From the human T2T-CHM13v2.0 reference genome, Homo sapiens: 64,000 nt of DNA. The notes under the pieces were generated by a model. It was given only the letters and a program-made list of their open reading frames with translations, made no database searches and was not told the DNA's origin. Below are positions 52,991 through 64,000 of this stretch, in pieces. The stretch's first letter is position 1, and each line of letters starts with the position of its first letter. Made by a program: the position numbers and the translations under genes. Location: assembly GCF_009914755.1 (NCBI RefSeq), contig NC_060937.1. One strand, given 5' to 3'.

Positions 52991-54304
52991 TGATGATTTT
53001 TAGTTATATCTATGTTTTACATTTATGATTATAAATGTAAAAATTGTTTTTGCTAACCAATGCTTTTCATCAACACTTGTTTTTGCACTTCAGTTTTTAC
53101 TCTCGCCCTTGGCAATACCTGCTGTTACTGAGTCCAGGGAATCTTTAATCTCAACCCAAGAGATCAGTTTCTATCTTTTGTACAACTTTTTCTAAATATG
53201 TCAGGATTGTGGTTTGTCCATAATTAAGCTACTTTGAATCTTTTCAAATTCCTGAAATTTCTTTAAATGTTCTGTTTATTAGTACAAGCTCCCATTTTCC
53301 CCTGCCTCAACCCTTACATTTGCTTTTATGAAGGTATTTTGTTTTGTTCTACTATAACTTATATTTCCTTTGCATTTTAAGTTAGTTTTAAACTCCTATA
53401 CCAATAATATCTCAGAGGAATAAAAACAATACATATATGATTACTATGATGTTTTTGTAATTGAAAATACTCATCTGTCCAAATTTGGCATAAATCTCTT
53501 CTCCTGGCCTTGACTAATTAATCCCCAGTGAACCATCCACAATAAGAGTTATTTTAGGATATTTCCATTTGCATATCATCAGAGTCTAGCAAAATTAGCA
53601 GTCTTGATAAATATTTGGTGAAATGATATCATTTGTTGAAAACAGATATCTATAATAAACATTATTTCCAACCCATCTAAAACTGAAAAAGAGAGTATGT
53701 AAACAGATGGATGATTAAATGAATAAATGAATAACCCTATACACAGCATACAACAAGCCCTTGTCCTTATTTAATTAATATTTTATTGTTCCTTAATTCT
53801 TTGCAACTAGTTTTGGATATGACTTTTTTATTTCTATAACAATAGCTTCACAGGAATTCAACACATATTCAAGAAAAGCTCAGATGGCAGAAACTAACCT
53901 ATACCCAAGGGTACAGCAAAGGATGTGTGAATCCTTGCTCTTATGAATTTTACACTCTAGTTACATGGAAAAGAGAACGAAACTTTAAAATAGATAATGG
54001 GGGTAATTTAAAATATTTTAAAAGCAAAACAAAAATAGAGAGTGAAGGATTCTGAGTTTGTCAGACTTTACAAAGGGGCTAAGGCAAAAACTACAGAGTA
54101 GGAATGAGTTTGAAAAAGTAAAATAAGGCTAGGGAAAGTGTATCACAAAGGGAATGATGAGAGGAGTTGGTGTAAGATGATGTTGGAAACAGCAGGAGCC
54201 AGGTAATGTAAAGCCTAGCAAACTTCCTAGGAATTTAGATTATAAATGGAAAGCAGCCGCTGGATATCAAGCAGCAAGTAATGTGACATGATTCACATTA
54301 AAAA

Positions 54305-54352
<48 letters not shown>
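54305..54352 (+). repeat. (ATAG)12 tetranucleotide microsatellite
   Basis: Perfect 48 bp run. Confidence 0.98.
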
Positions 54353-54355
54353 GCA

Positions 54356-54757
<402 letters not shown>

Positions 54758-55997
54758 TTGCTTTCTGATAAATTTATTTTAGGGGGCAAAAAAGAAGCTG
54801 GGAATCCAATTAATAGGCTATTGATAGTTCAGAAGAAAAATAACTGAAAATGAGGTGGTAGAGTTGGGGATGGAGAGAAATGGGTGGGAATTAGAATTGA
54901 GATGATCTGATGATAGGTTGAATGTGGGGGTAAAGAAAGGAATAAAAGATGATTCTTAGTCTTTCAGCTGGGCACACTTGAAAAATATGATTTTCTTATG
55001 TATAAAAGAATAGAAATGGAGAGCAAGTTTTGAGACTTGGTGGTGGGAAGTGAAGAGTTCTGTTTCTCACATGTGAGTGATGAAAGCTGCAGCTCAGGAG
55101 AGGGTTGGGGCATCTTTAGTTGTTTGTTTTTAGTTTGGATGTCAAAATTAGAGGTGGTATTAAATTATTATTAACTTCTTAGTTTCATTTTTTTACTACA
55201 CAGATGTGGACTCACACAGAGACACAGATATAGGCACACAAGCACAGCAACACACAGATACCCTCCTGGGTCTGTCACTCACAGTCACATGGCTCTATGA
55301 GAAAAAGAAAATTAGGCAACCATATTTCTAACTTTAATAGGAGTTAGTTTGATTTGTTATTGCCTAATTTAAATTTAGAAAGGCATATAAAGAATTTTCT
55401 TTTCTATATTTCCATATGGTCTTCAGATGCCTGGGTGGTATTTTCTAAGCTTTTGGCTCATTTCATCCTACTGAAGACCATACTGTAGTTTTCCTTGCTT
55501 GTAAATTGACCCAAGCATAAAATATTTTTCTTCCTTTTCAAATAATTATTTCTATTTCTGTATTTCTCGCCTGACTCCAAGTATTTTTCTCATGAATTTA
55601 CCAAATTCTAAAATGTTGAGGCAGCTTGTCACTTTTCTCTGCTAAAGTAATGGAATCTAGTTCTCATCTCTCATGCACGTTATTTTATATGGTCATTTAG
55701 AATTGCAAGTAAATGTCTTTATTGATTTATTTTATTATTTTTAATCTTATTTTTAATGAAATTAGCCATGGAAATACATTCTTCAGAAGAGATAATAGGG
55801 GATTCAGGAAGAGTTTTCAAACAGTGAAAAAATATTATCACATTATAAATCATAGTGATTTAAGTCAAGTGAGTTTCTAAAACACTAATATTTTAATATG
55901 CAAGTTATATCATATTTAATCTTTTGTTCAGATTTTACACATAGGCATAATAGATATGTGTATATATGTGAAATCATATGTGTACATAGTGCATCAT

Positions 55998-56612
55998 CAT
56001 AATTGTCATTATTCATGAGTTCTGTATTTGTAAATTGTCTGCTCGGTAACATTTATTTGCAACCCCAACATTGATATTTCTGGTGTTTTCTTGGACATTC
56101 ATGGACATGAATATGTGCAGAACAGTGAAAAGTGTCTCTTCTTCCATTCCAGCTAAGATGTGAGAAGGCATGGCTTGGCCTTTCTGTTTCAGCTTTCACA
56201 CCGTAAACAAGTGTTTTTGCAGTTTATTTGGCACCTCATTTTTCACATTTTGAAAAATGTAATTTACTATTAAAATTACACCGAAACATAAAGCTAAAGT
56301 CTCCTTAAGTGTCCCTAACTGCAAGAATTCTGTGATGTGTCTTACAGAGAAAATTTGGGTTAAATAGGCTTCGTTCAGGCACGAGTTATAGTGCTGTTGG
56401 CTGAGTTCAATGTTAATGAATTCACAATATATATTAAGTAAGATACTTTTACGTAGAAATACACATAAAACAGGTTATATATTTATCAGTTGACCTAAAT
56501 GTGTGACCAGAGGAAACTAAATCTCTATTTCTTCTAAAAGCAGTGACTTAGCACTCTCTAATTCAGAATTCACAGTGACTTTATAAAACATAAGTATGTA
56601 AATAATGTGAAT
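55998..56612 (+). mobile_element. MER82 (TcMar-Tigger)
   Basis: 'atttatttgcaacccca', 'gtttcagctttcacaccgtaaacaagtg', 'gcttcgttcaggcacgagttatagtgctgttggc', 'tgtgaccagagg'. Confidence 0.85.
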
Positions 56613-56632
56613 ACACACACACACACACACAC
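56613..56632 (+). repeat. (AC)10 microsatellite
   Basis: Direct reading. Confidence 0.9.
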
Positions 56633-56667
56633 AAACATATACACAGGAGCCTTGTAGGATTGTTGGG

Positions 56668-56841
56668 TGTGGTATTCAGAATAAGAATAATGCCTCCTCT
56701 ACAAGATGGCTATGACCTCATGTCTGAAACAAGTGAATGTTAATTTACACAATAAAAGGAACTTTGCCAGTGTGATTAAATTAAGTACTTTGAGATGAGG
56801 AGGGTATCCTAGATTAACAGGATGGGTATAATGTCATCTCA
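56668..56841 (+). mobile_element. MLT1C/D-like LTR 5' fragment
   Basis: 'aaaaggaactttgccagtgtgattaaattaagtactttgagatgaggag..tatcctagatta'. Confidence 0.7.
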
Positions 56842-56849
56842 TTGATTAC

Positions 56850-57580
56850 ACTTCCTGAAAAATCCTCAGACATGCGTCTTTTGTTCCTCTTTTATGACCT
56901 CTAGAGTTATTATAGCCATTGCCATTTCTAACTTGGACAATTGCCAGTGCCCCCTAGTTTCTCTTTAGTAGACTTCAAATCATCTTCAAATGTGTTGCCA
57001 GAATAGGTTGCCTAAAATTCAACTTCACAATTACATTACCTTGTTTCAAACTCTTCAGTATCACCAAACTACCCATTCAATAAAACTCAAGCTGATTAAT
57101 AGGACATTGAAAGCTTTCTGTGTATGACCTGATCCCAGGCTACCTCTGTCTCTTCTATACTTACTCTTTAATTCATACTTTATGTGCCTCAACACTAAAC
57201 TGCTTCTGTGTCTACATATGCACTGTGAGTTCCCTCACCTGGTTACTTTTGCTTCTTGGATCCCTTGGCTTGGAATGTCATTTTACTGTTATGGAACATG
57301 CCAGTCTATTTTAACTATGTTTTTGTAGTGCATTTAAGATTTCTTCTTTGTAAAATTTTTTCTTTAATTCCTTCTCACTTCCCACTAGATTCACCTAGGA
57401 GCTTCTCAACTGAGCTGTCATGACCTGTAAAAAATCAGTATTGTCACAGCTTCCATACCATCACATAATTTACTGTTATGTGTCTGTCTCATCAATTAAT
57501 ACAGCTTTATGAAAATGAGGACCTTAAAATATTCATCCCAGCACAACAAGTATGCAATGTCTAAAGGAATGAATGCGTGA
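56850..57580 (+). mobile_element. L2 3' region
   Basis: 'aaactcttcagt...aataaaactcaagc...tatgacctgatccc', ends 'aaggaatgaatg'. Confidence 0.5.
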
Positions 57581-58753
57581 TCATCTTTTAGGGACCTATT
57601 CCCTGTCTATTTGAATCAATATGTTTTATACACACTGTATGTTTTAGGATAGGGATCTCACAAGTCTTTTCTGGCCGCCACTGGCCCCACCTCTTAACAA
57701 TGAAACCAACCAAAAAACTTCAGAATGTGTGTAAATAAACAATACATTCCTTTACTGGACATTCATAAAATGACTTTTACTTGCTGCAAATTTAGAAAGA
57801 AGCACTTCCTGTCCACAATGAAATAGAATTACACATGGCGTAATATGATAGAACTTTCTTTCCTGAATCCCCATTTTTAAACTCATGTAACGTTGAGTTA
57901 TTTGTGATGCGACCTTACCACTGACTTATGTCTCAGGAACCTGACTATAAAATATATGGGCCAAAAGTCTCAGGAAAGTAGGTCACTATAACTGTAAACA
58001 CATGTTTTAGTTTAAAAACAAAAGCAAAAACAAAACCAATATAGTAAAACTAATTGGATTAACAGAAATATGTTATAAAATTTTTCAAGAATATGAGAAA
58101 TAACTCATGTTTGAAATAAAGACAAGCCCTATTACCAAATCTGGGCATTCCAGTTCATCCTACACTGATAAAATAATTTGGCTTATAACATATAAAGGTA
58201 GCCTACACCCCCCTTTAAAAAGTAAATATATGATGATAACCTTCTCAATTTGCTGATTAAAAATTCTCACAAGATTTACTTGGTTTCTGTACAATACTTA
58301 TGTTGTCATTACTAAATCTAGAATATAAGTTGATGTTTTCTTCTCATAGGAAAAATCAGATCTTTCTAATTTATTATTTTTATAAAGTATCTCTCAATTT
58401 TTTGTGTGCTATTTTTGGTCACTTTATTTTTCAGAAATAGCTTTAAGCCTCCCAGTCCATGAAAATTTTTGAAAACCACAAATTTGAGTGTTGACATTGT
58501 AGATACATACTTTCATATAACAAATAAAACCATTTCTGACAGCCTGCATCAATTTATATTTATGTTGTTTAATGATCATAATTTTAATTACCATTTATTT
58601 AGTATAGTGAATTTTTCTAATTTGTTAAATAATTTTTGTTATTATAAATGATATTTCTATTATTATCAGCCCTTACATCTAGTACATTATATTTGTATAT
58701 TAAACATATTGAAGGGAAACTTTCTGGTAAATAATTTCTAAGACAAATTATAA

Positions 58754-59060
<307 letters not shown>

Positions 59061-59874
59061 AAAATGCATTTTTAAATCAAGTATTGGTATGTATTTTTAA
59101 AATGAGTTAATACACCAGTATTCTAAATGTGGTATATGTTTTAGAGTCAATCGTTATGTGTTAACATTTGTTTCACTCTATCTTTACTTACCTTGTGAGC
59201 TTAAACATTCAGAGTAACTTTAGATCTACATGCTCTACAGACATTATCATATTTTAGTTAAGCCTGTTTCAGTAGTTTTTTTAAACCCAGTTAAAATATG
59301 TTATTTAATATAATAAAAATGCCACTAAATTTAGACTAATGAGAAGATTCAAGTAGTAATTTTTTAAAAGATGTTTTTCAGTATGTGAAAATTCTGTTAA
59401 GAAAATGTATACAGTATAATAAGTGAACTTTAATTATCTTTGCAAGAATGGAAAGTTGTGCATGACAACAGCATACGAAATCTAATTAGGTGAGTATTGC
59501 AGAAGTTGTTTAAACAAGTCCAAATTTTATAAATGTATAGCACTAGGAAAATGATGGTAGCCGAAACCAAAGTAGAGGGAGGAAAAAAAAAAAAGCTAAT
59601 ATTAGGTGATGGGTTTGGTTTTATATAAATTAAGTTTGATGTACCAATAAAAGTATTAATCTAGAGATGTTTACCTGACATTTACAAACTATTAAATAGA
59701 CAGCATGAGCTGCGTTTTAGTGATCCAGAAAAAGTCCCGGATGTTTAGGTCATTTTTCTCAAAGTTATTTACATATTAATTATAAATTATTTCTCTGCAG
59801 AGTTCAGAGAAAAAAGATAAAAACAACAACAAAAGAACAAAAATTAAATATAAGATCGTGGAATTCAAACTGAG

Positions 59875-60233
59875 TGTCTTAGTATGTTTTCTGTTGCTTT
59901 AACAAAATATCAGAGAGTGGGTAATTTATGAAGAAAAGAATTATTTCTTACAGTCTTGGAGGCTGGCTGCCTCTGCTCTGCTTTTAAGGACCTTTTGCTG
60001 CATACATAACAAAGAGAAGGGCATCACATGGTGAGAGGTAAAGAGCACAGCAAGTCAGGTTTCTCATTCTCTTATTATAAAGCCACTAGGCTCACCATGG
60101 GAGCCCCCGTCTGATAGCCTTATCTAACCCTAATTACGTCCCAAAGGTCCCACCTCCAAATATCATCAACATATTAATTTGGAGATTAAGTTTCCAACAC
60201 ATGAAATTTGGGCTGCTTATTAAAATCATAGCA
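59875..60233 (-). mobile_element. MaLR LTR (MSTC/MLT1A-like) inserted into a MIR
   Basis: 'tgtcttagt...gggtaatttatgaagaaaag...cccaaaggtcccacctccaaat...aagtttccaacacatgaa...catagca'; MIR halves on both sides (ggaattcaaac / ggtctgtctgattctaaag). Confidence 0.8.
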
Positions 60234-60763
60234 CCAGGTCTGTCTGATTCTAAAGGCTGTGTTTTTGTCCACTCTGCACAGGACCAAACAAGGTCAAAAT
60301 TAAAGATAAATTTGTATAAGAGAGAAGAAGGAGCAGAGAACTTGGATATACTCACCCAAAGTGTGAAAATTGAGAAAGAGAAATCAGTGAGGCTCATGGT
60401 AAAGAGGTCCAGGAATGTGAAAAGAAATCAAAAAGGAAAAATGCAGCAGAAACCAAAATAAGAGAGAATTGCCAGAATTAGAGGATGGTCAGTAGTACGA
60501 AAAGCAGCAATTCTGAATAAAAATAAACCTATGGAAAAAATTAGGTTTGGGAATTGATTATTATTATTAATGTTAGAGAAGGTGATTATAATAAACTGCT
60601 ATAATGAAGGTAGAACTGTGAGAGGAACAAGAGGATAGGTGGTGAGGATGTATGGTAGATAATTGGAGCACCCCCAACCCCATCTGCACCCTTGATTCTC
60701 CATACGAACCACTTTCTTAAATTTTGCTTTATTAAAAGAAATTTTTTTCTCTTACCTAACTCA

Positions 60764-61064
<301 letters not shown>

Positions 61065-61300
61065 CTCATTTTACACGTAGCCTGTACTTACATGCATTTT
61101 GGGGGGATTATTTTCTTTCAATAACCAAATATCAACTAAAATCGATTTTTTTTTAAATTTCCTTTTTCTTTCAGATGATTGCCACCATTCAAATATTTGA
61201 CGCCCATTTTATGGTCATTAGTTATGTATAAAATAAAGAAGAAAAGGAATTTCTTCTTAGTATATTTGTGTTTAAACCTCTAGGGCCAAACTCTGCCCTA

Positions 61301-64000
<2,700 letters not shown>

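Overview
AT-rich, gene-poor primate (human-like) genomic DNA made up of interspersed repeats and unique non-coding sequence. I find no supportable host protein-coding exon, RNA gene or CRISPR array; nearly all listed ORFs are repeat-derived or chance. Recognisable elements include eight full-length Alus plus a monomer and a 3' fragment, ERV1 solo LTRs (MER52-, MER66-like, MER57), many MaLR LTRs including one complete LTR-internal-LTR MST/THE1D-type element, DNA transposon fossils (MER8, MER53, Tigger3, Kanga, MER82), MIR/L2/old L1 fragments, and a younger L1PA with a twin-priming 5' inversion that runs off the right edge. The most notable item is a heavily decayed provirus at about 42.6-45.9 kb. 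It has ERV-L-like (class III) protease, RNase H-tether and integrase motifs followed by a gamma-type env TM remnant (heptad repeat, ISD-like motif, INQSG), and it is interrupted by an LTR16-like LTR that itself holds an Alu. Also notable are an unnamed ~243 bp palindromic MITE-like element, several local duplications and a compact ETS-RUNX-GATA motif cluster. Repeat family names come from my recollection of consensus sequences, not from a database search.
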